Below are positions 10,114 through 20,379 of a stretch of DNA of 64,000 bases, one piece after another; position 1 is the stretch's first letter, and each line of letters opens with the position of its first letter. A program made the position numbers and the translations under genes. Below the pieces are notes generated by a model. It made no database searches, was not told where the DNA came from, and worked only from the letters and a program-made list of their open reading frames with translations. Origin of the DNA: a virus; IMG/VR virus record IMGVR_UViG_3300045988_088152, positions 23,432 to 87,431 of that record. One strand, 5' to 3'.

Positions 10114-10554
10114 TTAATAATTATAGGAGGATAGATATAAGAGCTGGTATTTGTCGTGAATGAGCCTATCTACATCTTCTTCTAGCTTATCAATGACGTT
10201 CTGTTTTTCTTTGAAATTCTGCGAGGATACGCCATCCATCTGGAAAGATGATGGAACTTTAAGTTTTTGTGCAATCTGTGTTGCTACGTCCGTCTCGCCG
10301 CGCCACCAGTATATAACCCAATATTCGGCAAGAATCTGAATCTCTAAATCTGTTAAATCTGCGTCAAATTGTCTAAGCTCTGAATCATATGTTAGGGGTT
10401 GCTCACATTCTATAAACTTTGCTGCTGAACTAATTATCCATCCATCAATCTTGTCGTGAAACAGCTCAATGTTTGCATCATATAGCTTGCGCAGTTTATA
10501 ATCATCAATTACACTTAATGCTCTTTGTCCAATAACATCAAATGATGTTGCCAT
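10114..10554 (-). CDS. hypothetical protein (head-tail connector position)
   Basis: ORF track; position only. Confidence 0.5.
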   Translation of the reverse strand: MATSFDVIGQRALSVIDDYKLRKLYDANIELFHDKIDGWIISSAAKFIECEQPLTYDSELRQFDADLTDLEIQILAEYWVIYWWRGETDVATQIAQKLKVPSSFQMDGVSSQNFKEKQNVIDKLEEDVDRLIHDKYQLLYLSSYNY

Positions 10555-10560
10555 AATTTA

Positions 10561-11217
10561 TCACTCCTTGTCATCAAGGGGTTCAATATCAATTAGATTT
10601 TTACCACTAAGTTCACCAATCTTAACAAGCACGTTAGCATCAACAGGATGACCGTCAAGCACCATGTTGGAAATAGTATCTACAATGATTTGCTTCTGCT
10701 GGTCAGTTGCGCCCTTATATACTTCACAAATATCAACCACATTCTGCTTAAGTAGCTCCTTGAGCTTTGTCGCACTAAGAATATGACGATAAATTTCATC
10801 TAGGTCGCACTTATGAACAAATTCTGGGTCATCAATATATACCATGCCACTAGATACAGTTTCGGGCATATTATTTACAACAGAAAACGCCTCTGACTCT
10901 GGAATCATCTTATACTTATACTGTCCTTCAATTCTGTGCATACGAGTGCCACGTAGATTGATATTGCCCGGACACATATTGATAAACTTGATATTTCTAA
11001 GCGCCTTAGATTTATCCTCAGCAGATGCCACATCTGTCTTGACCTGAGACTGTGCCTGCATAAGTACCTGCATCTGCGCCATCATTTCTTCCATACGCTT
11101 CTGCTGTTCTGCAAGCTGCGCCTTTAGTTGCTTCTTTTCCATGTCAACAGCCGATGTTTCAGTCTGCTTGGTTGTCTTAGTAGTCGTAGTGGATTTAGTG
11201 TTCGTAGTATTTGCCAT
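10561..11217 (-). CDS. hypothetical protein with Thr-rich and coiled-coil N-terminus
   Basis: ORF track. Confidence 0.5.
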   Translation of the reverse strand: MANTTNTKSTTTTKTTKQTETSAVDMEKKQLKAQLAEQQKRMEEMMAQMQVLMQAQSQVKTDVASAEDKSKALRNIKFINMCPGNINLRGTRMHRIEGQYKYKMIPESEAFSVVNNMPETVSSGMVYIDDPEFVHKCDLDEIYRHILSATKLKELLKQNVVDICEVYKGATDQQKQIIVDTISNMVLDGHPVDANVLVKIGELSGKNLIDIEPLDDKE

Positions 11218-11239
11218 TCCTTTTATTTTCCTTTCTTAT

Positions 11240-11275
11240 TTCCGTTATAAATAGAGAGGGGTTAATAGCCCCTCT
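11240..11275 (-). terminator. intrinsic terminator after the putative capsid gene
   Basis: GAGAGGGG/CCCCTCTC stem followed by TATTTAT on the minus strand. Confidence 0.55.
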
Positions 11276-11285
11276 CAGATAATTA

Positions 11286-12377
11286 TTACTCAGTGATGGT
11301 GTATAGACCAGCGAAGGATGCGCCAACGAACTCGAAACCATAGTTCTTGCGCATGGTAAAGTTCTGTGTAAGATCAGCATTCTCGTAGAACTGGTTACTA
11401 TTGGTGAGAGTAGTAGACATAGCACCAACAACGAGCTTAGAGCCAACAGGAGAAACAACATATAGCTTGTTGTCGTCAAGAGCTAGACCATAGTTAGAGC
11501 CAGTAGGCATCTGGGGTAGCTCATAAAGAGCAAAACCATAGAAGTCACGGAGAACATGGACAGAGCCGCCATTAGCGTCATAAGTGCCACGATAACCCAT
11601 AGTGCTATCAGGTAGAACATTAGCTAGAGCAGAAGCAGTACCCATGATAATTGGCTTGATGCCATTGTTATAAGCCTGAACGCGCTGTGCTAGAGCAATT
11701 AGCTTCTTGGCATCAAATGCAGCATTCTCGAGGAACTGAGAAGGATAGGAAGCGCCAGCTAGACCAGCATTAAGAGCGGCAACAGCCATCTTCTGCATAT
11801 CAATCTCAATGGAAAGAACGATAGCACGGACGAAATCAGCAATATCTTCCTTGCCAGCCATTACACGATACATATCAACGTAAGTGGTGATAATGCGCTC
11901 CTGCATGGAAATTACAACATCCCCAGCATACTTCTTCTGACGGAAAGTAGTGCGCTCCCCAGTGCCACCAGCAGAGACGGTGTAAAGGGTACGAGGCATA
12001 ACCTTGACCTTAACAATGTCGCCAATACCAGCCATACGGAAGTCAACGAATGGAGCAAGGGACTCAGTGACATATGCAGGAAGAACTGCATTGACTAGGG
12101 CGTTAATGACAGCAAAGTTTGCCCAACGAACCATAGGATTCGCTGCCCATGCGTCAGCATTCTCAGCATTACGAGTGCAGTTGGAAAGACGCTCAACTTC
12201 TGCAAAATATGCAGCGTTGACAACATCATGCTTTTCAGCAAGAGGCTTAGTTGCATCATAAGCACCTAGCTTACGGCCCTGTTCAGCCTCGGACTTGTGG
12301 AAATGATAGTCCATGAACTGCTCATAGAACTTAGTGTTGCCATTGGAGAAAGCAACAATTTCTTTGCTTAGATTCAT
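11286..12377 (-). CDS. putative major capsid protein
   Basis: 363 aa. It follows the scaffold-like gene, has a strong RBS and a dedicated downstream terminator. No motif was recognised; the call is positional. Confidence 0.55.
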   Translation of the reverse strand: MNLSKEIVAFSNGNTKFYEQFMDYHFHKSEAEQGRKLGAYDATKPLAEKHDVVNAAYFAEVERLSNCTRNAENADAWAANPMVRWANFAVINALVNAVLPAYVTESLAPFVDFRMAGIGDIVKVKVMPRTLYTVSAGGTGERTTFRQKKYAGDVVISMQERIITTYVDMYRVMAGKEDIADFVRAIVLSIEIDMQKMAVAALNAGLAGASYPSQFLENAAFDAKKLIALAQRVQAYNNGIKPIIMGTASALANVLPDSTMGYRGTYDANGGSVHVLRDFYGFALYELPQMPTGSNYGLALDDNKLYVVSPVGSKLVVGAMSTTLTNSNQFYENADLTQNFTMRKNYGFEFVGASFAGLYTITE

Positions 12378-12412
12378 AATATATATCTCCTTTGCTTATT
12401 TATTAAATTTAA

Positions 12413-12928
12413 TTAGTTAGCTGCGCACTTGAGAATCCAAGTAGGAACGGCTTCGATACCGATATCGACAGTATGGGTTGCCTCAATGGTAAAATAAGTA
12501 CCGGCAGTTGGCTTGGTGTTAGTAGCAACCAGTCTACCATTGGTATCAACAGATGCATATGTGTTCTTACCATCAGCGGGTGCGGTAGTAAATGCAGAAG
12601 CAGGAACTTCAAGGAAAGTACGACCAGCAGTTAGACCCTTGATGGAGAATGCACTGCCCTTGGGGTTATAGAAATAACGAGGGTCGCTCATTTCCTGCTG
12701 TTCAACAGTGGTGCCAACAGCAGGCTTTTCAACAAGCCATAGATCAGTAACGTTGGCAGCAGGTAGTGCGCAAGCAAATTCATAACCGCCATCAGTTGCT
12801 AGACCAAGAGCGCCACGAGTAACGAACTGACCATTATCTAGGTCATTGTCCTTGCAAATACCAGCACAGTTGATGGCATCATTCTGCCAATCGTCAAGAG
12901 TGCGGATAACAAAAGAGTGATTATTCAT
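12413..12928 (-). CDS. hypothetical head-module protein
   Basis: ORF track. Confidence 0.5.
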   Translation of the reverse strand: MNNHSFVIRTLDDWQNDAINCAGICKDNDLDNGQFVTRGALGLATDGGYEFACALPAANVTDLWLVEKPAVGTTVEQQEMSDPRYFYNPKGSAFSIKGLTAGRTFLEVPASAFTTAPADGKNTYASVDTNGRLVATNTKPTAGTYFTIEATHTVDIGIEAVPTWILKCAAN

Positions 12929-12962
12929 AATATATTTGTCTCCTTTTTAATCAATTTTAGTT

Positions 12963-14651
12963 TTAGTCCCATAGACCTTTATGCTCCTTCTTTTCAACAG
13001 GAGCAGCGAAAGTAAATACATCGGTTTTTTCTTTCTTTGGTGTTTTCTTTACAGCAGAGAAACAATATGCCTTAACCTTATTTGCCCAAGCATCAACATC
13101 CGCAAATTCACAAGACATGCCTTCTTCGCGCATCTGCTTATAGCAATCCTCAGACATATATTCCTTGCATTCAGCCATAATAGCCTCGACAGAAATAGCC
13201 TTTTCCTTGTCCTCTACATCTTTCTTAAACTGACGTAGCGTCTCAAGCTCAGAATTCTGCCCCATAATGATATTGTCCCTATCTTCAATATCTTTTTCAA
13301 GCTGTGCAATACGGGCTTTCATATCATCTGCGGACATTTCTTCCTCATGCTCATCATTATCGTCATGCTCATCGCATTCGCCACAATCAGCTAGACGATA
13401 GTCATCAACATTTTCAGGTTCAGCAAATCTCTTGATATTATCAGTCTCAGTAAATTCTTGCTTGACCTCAACAACCTCATCTGCAAGAGTAAGACCGTCC
13501 TCAGTCAGACTAAAATCGAGCCGATACATGGTCTTTGCACGATCTGTAACAATGGCAAACTTCTGATTATCTTCTTCATAGATACCCTGAATACCATATT
13601 CCCAATTCTGGCGCTCTTCAATAGCGGTCCAAAGCATACCCCAAAGATCGCCAATATTAACCGCGCTAAAATCAATTTCAGCCATTTTCTTGTCCTCCTT
13701 TCTTTCAGAATCGTCATCAAGGTCTAACTTCTTATAGATAGCCTCAATTTTATTTACAACCTCAGTCTCGTCATTCTGCTTTGCATATGCTAGTGCAGAT
13801 GATAGAGCATTTCGGTTATAGATGAATTTGTCACCATCAAGCATCATAATCGGGTACTTGAGGTGTTCAGATGGCGCATCTTTCCAACCATCTTCTACGA
13901 GTAGATATACAGATTTAACAAGCGTGTCACGATTCTTAGCCTCCATGATTTTATCTCTCATAGCCGCCTTGTCGTAATCGCCCCAATCAGCCGTAGACAT
14001 GGCTTCTTTAGACTTGTCAATCTTATATGTTTTCTTTTCAGCCATTGATTGTTTCCTTTCTTCGACAAATTGCTTTAGATTAGATAGAGAATCAGATTTA
14101 GCAAAATAAGCATCTGCATCCTCAGTAGAAAATCGCACCATTTTAATATCTGCATCGGGACAGCTACCGTTTATGGCTTTTCCAAGTACAGTCAATCCAA
14201 AAATGTCTAGCGCTACTACCTTGCCTTCATCCTCATCATTATCCGTTGTTACTGTCATTTCAACAGAGCTATTGCGAAGATTATCAAACTCAAAGATGTT
14301 GTTTAGTTCCTTGCTATAGTGTTTGCTAACAACCGCATAAGCATATGCTTTAGTAACGCCATCTTCCTCAACAAACTCAATCTCTTGTTCACGCGGAAAA
14401 TAGCCATACTGAATTTCTGAAGGCAAGTGTGTAGTCGCATCGCCATTCTGAATTTTCGCAACAAGCATATTGCCAAGAATAGATTGAGCGTCGCGCCGTA
14501 GTACGTCATTACTAATATCTAGTTTGTGTGCATTTGGCTTAGTGCTTAAAAAGCAGCACTTAAACACAGTAAATTTATGCTCTGGGTAATTATCACACCA
14601 TTCAGGATATTCAACAGCATCTTCAAGCTGAAATTTTACATCTTTCTGCAA
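12963..14651 (-). CDS. putative head scaffold / maturation protein
   Basis: 562 aa between portal and capsid. It has long acidic and coiled-coil stretches. Positional inference. Confidence 0.4.
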   Translation of the reverse strand: MQKDVKFQLEDAVEYPEWCDNYPEHKFTVFKCCFLSTKPNAHKLDISNDVLRRDAQSILGNMLVAKIQNGDATTHLPSEIQYGYFPREQEIEFVEEDGVTKAYAYAVVSKHYSKELNNIFEFDNLRNSSVEMTVTTDNDEDEGKVVALDIFGLTVLGKAINGSCPDADIKMVRFSTEDADAYFAKSDSLSNLKQFVEERKQSMAEKKTYKIDKSKEAMSTADWGDYDKAAMRDKIMEAKNRDTLVKSVYLLVEDGWKDAPSEHLKYPIMMLDGDKFIYNRNALSSALAYAKQNDETEVVNKIEAIYKKLDLDDDSERKEDKKMAEIDFSAVNIGDLWGMLWTAIEERQNWEYGIQGIYEEDNQKFAIVTDRAKTMYRLDFSLTEDGLTLADEVVEVKQEFTETDNIKRFAEPENVDDYRLADCGECDEHDDNDEHEEEMSADDMKARIAQLEKDIEDRDNIIMGQNSELETLRQFKKDVEDKEKAISVEAIMAECKEYMSEDCYKQMREEGMSCEFADVDAWANKVKAYCFSAVKKTPKKEKTDVFTFAAPVEKKEHKGLWD

Positions 14652-14688
14652 TTATCTTCCTCCTTTCTTCAAGGATGGTAATATATGG

Positions 14689-15108
14689 TTAATTGACATT
14701 TTGTGAATCAACACCAGTATAGTCAACAGACCACATTTTCATTTCCTCAATAAGCCCCTTAGTATAGTGGTTCTTTTGCAGCTTATTGACATAAATATCC
14801 TCAATCTGCAACATGTGCATTTTTTCATAATATGGCAATGTCTTATTGTCTATATATTTATAGAACATGTTTTTGATTTCACCACGACACGCCTCAGTTG
14901 TATATGCTACAGTTGCATCTAGCTTGCTCTCAATTCTCTTGAGCGTCGCTTTAATGGTATTTTGCTTAATCTTGTCATCTTGTTCACTCTGATATTTTTT
15001 TAGAGCCTTCGCAATACATAGTTTAATAGGTTTGCAACATAAGGTAATAACCGCTGCTAAAGAAAGGATTGCTCCTAAAATTGCGGCAATATTCTTGACT
15101 GTTTCCAA
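14689..15108 (-). CDS. hypothetical N-terminally membrane-anchored protein
   Basis: ORF track; hydrophobic N-terminus IAAILGAILSLAAVITLCC. Confidence 0.5.
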   Translation of the reverse strand: METVKNIAAILGAILSLAAVITLCCKPIKLCIAKALKKYQSEQDDKIKQNTIKATLKRIESKLDATVAYTTEACRGEIKNMFYKYIDNKTLPYYEKMHMLQIEDIYVNKLQKNHYTKGLIEEMKMWSVDYTGVDSQNVN

Positions 15109-15133
15109 TCATAGATTCCTCCTTTCTAGCGTA

Positions 15134-15340
15134 TTATCCTTCTATTCCATTCTTTTCAAGCCATTTTAGCAATTTTGCGTTTCGCTTATAGTAATGCGCG
15201 TCATCATCTAAGTATTTAGCTGAAAAGCCAGCCTTATCAAGTTCCCATGCTAAAGCGCTATCAGCAATGAAATAATCTTCTGGATTTCTTGGGATTCCAA
15301 GGATAATCATTGGTAATCCTCCAACCCAACAATGCCCCAA
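15134..15340 (-). CDS. hypothetical protein
   Basis: ORF track. Confidence 0.4.
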   Translation of the reverse strand: MGHCWVGGLPMIILGIPRNPEDYFIADSALAWELDKAGFSAKYLDDDAHYYKRNAKLLKWLEKNGIEG

Positions 15341-15819
15341 CTGTCAATATGACGGTCATATTCGTCATATTCTGTTGACATTTGTTTAGCTTTATCATCC
15401 AATAGAATAATCTGCGCTACAACTTTATTCATATCTTCCATCAAATCTTGTAGCATAGCATTTGCATTAAAATCTTTTTCTTCTTTAGCAATATAATACG
15501 TCTGCTTAATAACTTGATATAAGTCAAGCGTTTCTCTAAGCATAGTATTCATCATTTGCTCAAGATTATCATATGTTCGCTTATCGCCGCGCGTCTCAGG
15601 ATAATATGTGGTAATATTCCACTGATGCTTAAAATCACTTACAGTATCAGCCATAAGCGGCCAGAGATGCGCCAGTTTATGATGGATAATATTTGCGGCA
15701 TTAGGCATAGCAAATTTTACTTCCATCCACGACACGCAACGGTCGAATGTGCGGTTCAACTGGAAATACTGCCCAACTAGAATATCTAGGGCTTCACTTG
15801 TTCTTTCTGATAACATCAT
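15307..15819 (-). CDS. hypothetical protein
   Basis: ORF track. Confidence 0.5.
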   Translation of the reverse strand: MMLSERTSEALDILVGQYFQLNRTFDRCVSWMEVKFAMPNAANIIHHKLAHLWPLMADTVSDFKHQWNITTYYPETRGDKRTYDNLEQMMNTMLRETLDLYQVIKQTYYIAKEEKDFNANAMLQDLMEDMNKVVAQIILLDDKAKQMSTEYDEYDRHIDSWGIVGLEDYQ

Positions 15820-15830
15820 AATATTTCACC

Positions 15831-17408
15831 TTATTCTAATGAATCTCGGCTTGCTTCCCCAGATTCGGTCAGTGCGGTCGAATTTTCTCTTGGTCTACCA
15901 CCTTCGTTATCTGAGCCGCCCTTGGTTGTATTGGTATTTTTCAAGAGCTGTGTATATTTATCGATCCAACCTGTATATTTACTCTCAGCCATCATTGCTT
16001 CAAATACCTGCGGCTGATAACCAGATACGGATGCCCATGTCTGCATAGGTAGAACAATACCAGAATCAGCCATTTTCTTCACTTTGTCAAATCGAGCTTC
16101 ACGCTCAAATGGGTAATTAGACCCGTCAAAGATAAATTTCCACTTATATTTCTTTGTTAGCTGATTAACATAAAATTCTAGGAAATTGCTAAACTGTGGA
16201 TATAGCGGCTTCATAGTCTGGTACATATCATTAAGCCCAGCCTCAATCTCAGCATTGGACTGTCTATCAGAGCTATAAATAACACGGCTCACACCAGACC
16301 CAACACCGGCAGATGTAGCAAGTTGAGTGGAATACATATCTGTATTCTTATCCTCAAACTGATAGAACTTAATATTTTCAAGCGGCATTGCGGCAAGTTT
16401 GGACAATGATCCAAGACCAGCCTTTGCCTTCTGCATGAATCCCCCCAGTGTCTTTGGGTCAATTGCAAACTGATTCGCTTTTGTGCCAGATTTAGCCGAA
16501 TCAAATAGACGAATTTCACCAGCTAAAATAGCATAAGCTGACGCAATGTCCTTATTATACTGCAACTGAGCAATATCATCATTAGCAATGGCATTCTTCA
16601 GAAATGGCGCTAAGAAGGGCGTATTATTAAATGTACTAGGATTCCACTTAAATGCCCATGCGCCATCACTAGGTGATGTTTGCGTCCACATAGCATATGC
16701 GCCATTTCGTCTATTTAATGGATTTGTAGGGCGATAATTTTTGAACGCTTCTTCCTCAGAGCCAAATACACGCTGATAATATTTCTTAAATGCTGGGTCA
16801 AATCCATTGATGTCTACACCAGCTTGTAGGAAATAGCTCATGTCAAAATCAAATAACATACCCTTTTCCCAATATCCGGTAAGTAGGCATCTATCTTGTG
16901 GCAAAATCTGTAGGGCGAATTTCATTCCTTTATTGCCCCACTTCGTCTTTCTGAACCAAGTGAAATATGTCTCATGCGTCACAATTTGTGCTACAACTTT
17001 ACCAAATTCAGCCTTGTAGTCAAATTTGTTCAAAAAATCATACACACGCCGCTTATCCTCTTGGTATGTGCTTGATTCATAGTCACTCTGAGTAAAAGCA
17101 TTGATGCAAACAGGCTGTAAGTCAAATGCTAGAGCATTGCAATATGCTTGTAGAGTTCTGGCAAATATCATATCCCAGAATTTCATATATTCCATATAAC
17201 CCTGAATTTGCTCTGAATTTTCCTTATATTCAGCAAGAGCCTTGCGAATTTTATCAGAACTAGGTGTTTCTGGGTTGTTGTTCAAACTCTGTAATAGTTG
17301 ATTGCTCAACATTGGAGACCAAAAGCCAAACTGGTCATATGCATATAATGCTTGTGCAAATTCCGTTACGGCTTGAGCCTGTTCAAATGTTACTAGCGGT
17401 TCTGCCAA
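15831..17408 (-). CDS. putative portal protein
   Basis: 525 aa immediately downstream of the terminase. It has a TTG start preceded by AAAGGAGGG. Size and position are typical of a portal. Confidence 0.6.
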   Translation of the reverse strand: MAEPLVTFEQAQAVTEFAQALYAYDQFGFWSPMLSNQLLQSLNNNPETPSSDKIRKALAEYKENSEQIQGYMEYMKFWDMIFARTLQAYCNALAFDLQPVCINAFTQSDYESSTYQEDKRRVYDFLNKFDYKAEFGKVVAQIVTHETYFTWFRKTKWGNKGMKFALQILPQDRCLLTGYWEKGMLFDFDMSYFLQAGVDINGFDPAFKKYYQRVFGSEEEAFKNYRPTNPLNRRNGAYAMWTQTSPSDGAWAFKWNPSTFNNTPFLAPFLKNAIANDDIAQLQYNKDIASAYAILAGEIRLFDSAKSGTKANQFAIDPKTLGGFMQKAKAGLGSLSKLAAMPLENIKFYQFEDKNTDMYSTQLATSAGVGSGVSRVIYSSDRQSNAEIEAGLNDMYQTMKPLYPQFSNFLEFYVNQLTKKYKWKFIFDGSNYPFEREARFDKVKKMADSGIVLPMQTWASVSGYQPQVFEAMMAESKYTGWIDKYTQLLKNTNTTKGGSDNEGGRPRENSTALTESGEASRDSLE

Positions 17409-17646
17409 ATTTCGCCCTCCTTTCTTTGTTTTATTGTTTATATATTAGAGCAGTTAGATTATGGACTTCATTAACGTATGCCAAAGTTCATTGAGCTACT
17501 TATCCTCCCTATCCGCTCGTTTTATATTTTTGAGTGTTTTTATTTTCGGCTTTTGACTAAGCCTAAGTTGGAACTTGGATTCCACACAACCCTAATAGTA
17601 CCTCCACGACAACACACCAACATAGTAGCCGCTTCATAGGCAAATA

Positions 17647-19491
17647 TCAATAGACTAATTGAATGGAGTCTATATCAAACTCATCTTCTTGCAACTGTTG
17701 TTGCCATGCGTTCTCAATCAAATCAATAATATAGTTACCATACATGATAGTCACAATTCTATCCTTTGTTCCTGTGCGCGGTTCTTCCAATTTGATTTTA
17801 TCCTGCTTGATAACCGTCTTTAGATTAACTGCCTCTATAACCATCATATCAGTTTGACCATACGGCTCAAGCTGATTAGCTAATTCTTCAGCAGTGTATT
17901 GATAATATTCTCCACTATCTGTTAGCTCGTTCTGATAGTCTTGCATAGAAATAAGAAATTTCATATTGTTAGTTTCAAGCTGTTTGCGTAATGACAACCA
18001 ACCACTACTGTTTAATTCAGGTGTCGCAATAACAGGTATTAAGCAAGGTACTGCGTTCTTATCAACCGTTCTACTATGATAATCGTCAACTTTAGCTTGA
18101 GATACTACTTGGTATTTATCAGCAAGCCCAAATCCACGAGAATCCCATCTTGAGCCTAAATCTGGACGTAGTAATGGTTCTGTCAAATGATTAAATATGA
18201 CTTCTCCACCACTTCTTCCATCGAATGCGGCATAATCAGCGTCATAGACCCACCATAAATATCTAAATCTATCAGACGCGCCTATTGTATCAGAAGCATC
18301 ATGCCCCTCTATATAGTCAACGTGTCGTTCAAATCTATTCTTTTTGCTATTCCAATGCGCCGACATTAACGTTATAATGGTATTGTCGTTTTTTGTGCAA
18401 CCAGTGGTGTTCGCAAAAGCAATATCCATGACTACTAACCGTATCTCGTCCTCTTTCTTTTCTGGAAAGTCAGGTTGTTCACCAGCAAAAAATTGTAATG
18501 CAGTGGGCGGACGGAAACAATGCTCAATGATTTGATTCTCTTTGAAAGATTTTAGATTAAAGAACGCATCATCGCCCTCTGAAATCATCTCGTTCAAATC
18601 TTCCATTCTAAAGTCCATTTCGCCGCCAGCCTTACCATTCCAATAATCAGCCCACGTCTTAAAACCATTATCAATAGCCATAAATATATCACCGGCAAAA
18701 ATATTACATCTTACTTTGGTGTCGGTAAATATACGAGTAAATGTCTTTTTGAATAATAGCCAAAACCACTCAAACTTATATCTAGCAGATGTGATATATA
18801 TATGTTGACATTCCTCTTTCCAACGTGGATTATTACCATATACAGGATTACTAAGATATTTGGCTTGCCTTGGATGCGCCATCTTCTCAAAGACGGAATC
18901 AACCATGCCTTTTTTCAACAAGCGGGCTTCTTCATATGTAAGAATTGTTGCTCTTGGGCCACGAGAGCTATCTTGACACGGTAATACACGCAAAGTAGAA
19001 CCGTTAAGCTTGTTCTCTATTCTATAACCATCTTCTGGTTTAGTAATAACCAAATATTCATGCTCATACATATATAAGAGATATGGCGATAATTTTTTAA
19101 TCAATTCATCCCTTATTTTATCTTCAACCATCTTGTTTGCCTGTGCAACAGTTGATGATGTAATTACCGCCTCTGTGTAAGGATAAAGATTCATCTTTAC
19201 AATATTGCCTAGACCCACAATGAAGGTTTTGGATAAGCCACGACAACATATTGCAAAAAATACATCGGATATGCCCATCAGATATATCATTATCATCTGA
19301 AATGGGCGCAACTTAATACCAAGAACTAAATCAACATATATATGCCAATTCCGGCGTAACTAGAATAAAGTCAGCCACTCTATAGCATTTTCCTCTTTCT
19401 TTGCATCTTTCATTGCGTTTTCTTTTGCTTTTGCCGTAATTAGGTGGTTTCCAAGGAACTTGCGTCTCAAGCCCCCCATCTGACTTTTCAT
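17647..19491 (-). CDS. terL: terminase large subunit, with one in-frame TAG at 19362-19360
   Basis: ORF track 17647..19311 has a Walker-A-like CRGLSKTF and a nuclease-type MDIAFANTTG. The same frame is open upstream to an ATG at 19491 with an SD (GGTGGTGA). Only one TAG interrupts it. The conserved LGIKLRPFQ helix spans the ORF-track start. Confidence 0.7.
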
Positions 19492-19507
19492 TCTATATCA
19501 CCACCCA

Positions 19508-20335
19508 TCATCTCTTTTGGTCTGAGGGCAAATCTGGATATTCGCGCCCGCCCCCAACCAAATTGCGACAACATCTCAAAATATCTTTCCATGTCGGCTC
19601 AAATCCGCTGAAATCCTTATATTTATTCAAATCCTCACATTCGCATGGTTTTGTATTCTCAATATTCCATGCCATGCGCTCTATGAATTTTTCAGTATCG
19701 CTCTGCTTATTTTCCTTAAATTGGTCTAGTTTTAGTACCTTCATCCATTTAAGAATTTCATCACCAGCATCTTTGTCTGTAGGGTCTTTGAATTTACGCA
19801 AATGAGCGCGACATAGATTTAGATAAGCCATCTCTTTAGCCGTGTCCATATCAAGGATTTCTGCTGTATATCGTTCAAAAATATCATCGAGCCACTGATA
19901 TTCCTGTTCTTCATAATCAGTGCCCCACTGACGATTCCATCTCGCTTTAAGCGCTACCTCATCCGTTTCGCCTTTAGCAACATCACCCAAATCCTTGAAA
20001 TTAGACAACTCCATATCACTATCCCATACGCCTGTTAATTTATCAGGCGATGTAGATAGATATGTATGATACAACATAAATAGACTAGGCTTTTTGCCTT
20101 TAGCTGCCTTTTCTAGGGTGTCAAGACAAGCAGTATATTCAGCGCGTCTCATAGGAATGCCAGTCTGCATACAGGTTGACCATAATGCCGCGCCTTGGTC
20201 TTTAGTGGATTCAAGAGCTTGCTTATATAGCTCAGTCACACATGACTTGCATGGCTTAATATATTCGCCCGTTTTGATTGGGCTTTTATAGAATTGGCTA
20301 TCTTGCTTTTCTTTGCCACAATATGGGCAAAACAT
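19508..20335 (-). CDS. hypothetical Zn-ribbon protein (small terminase position)
   Basis: ORF track. It has an N-terminal CPYC...CKSC and lies directly upstream of terL. Confidence 0.35.
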   Translation of the reverse strand: MFCPYCGKEKQDSQFYKSPIKTGEYIKPCKSCVTELYKQALESTKDQGAALWSTCMQTGIPMRRAEYTACLDTLEKAAKGKKPSLFMLYHTYLSTSPDKLTGVWDSDMELSNFKDLGDVAKGETDEVALKARWNRQWGTDYEEQEYQWLDDIFERYTAEILDMDTAKEMAYLNLCRAHLRKFKDPTDKDAGDEILKWMKVLKLDQFKENKQSDTEKFIERMAWNIENTKPCECEDLNKYKDFSGFEPTWKDILRCCRNLVGGGREYPDLPSDQKR

Positions 20336-20379
20336 ATTCTCATTCCTTTCCGTTCCGTTTATTTTCCTATAAATATGAC

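Noticed and set aside
17409-17646. 240-nt gap between TerL and the portal gene.
   Set aside because: It contains only weak hairpins (TGGAA/TTCCA, GGCTT/AAGCC), no repeat shared with other intergenic regions and no RBS-preceded ORF. Nothing specific could be supported beyond a possible late regulatory spacer.
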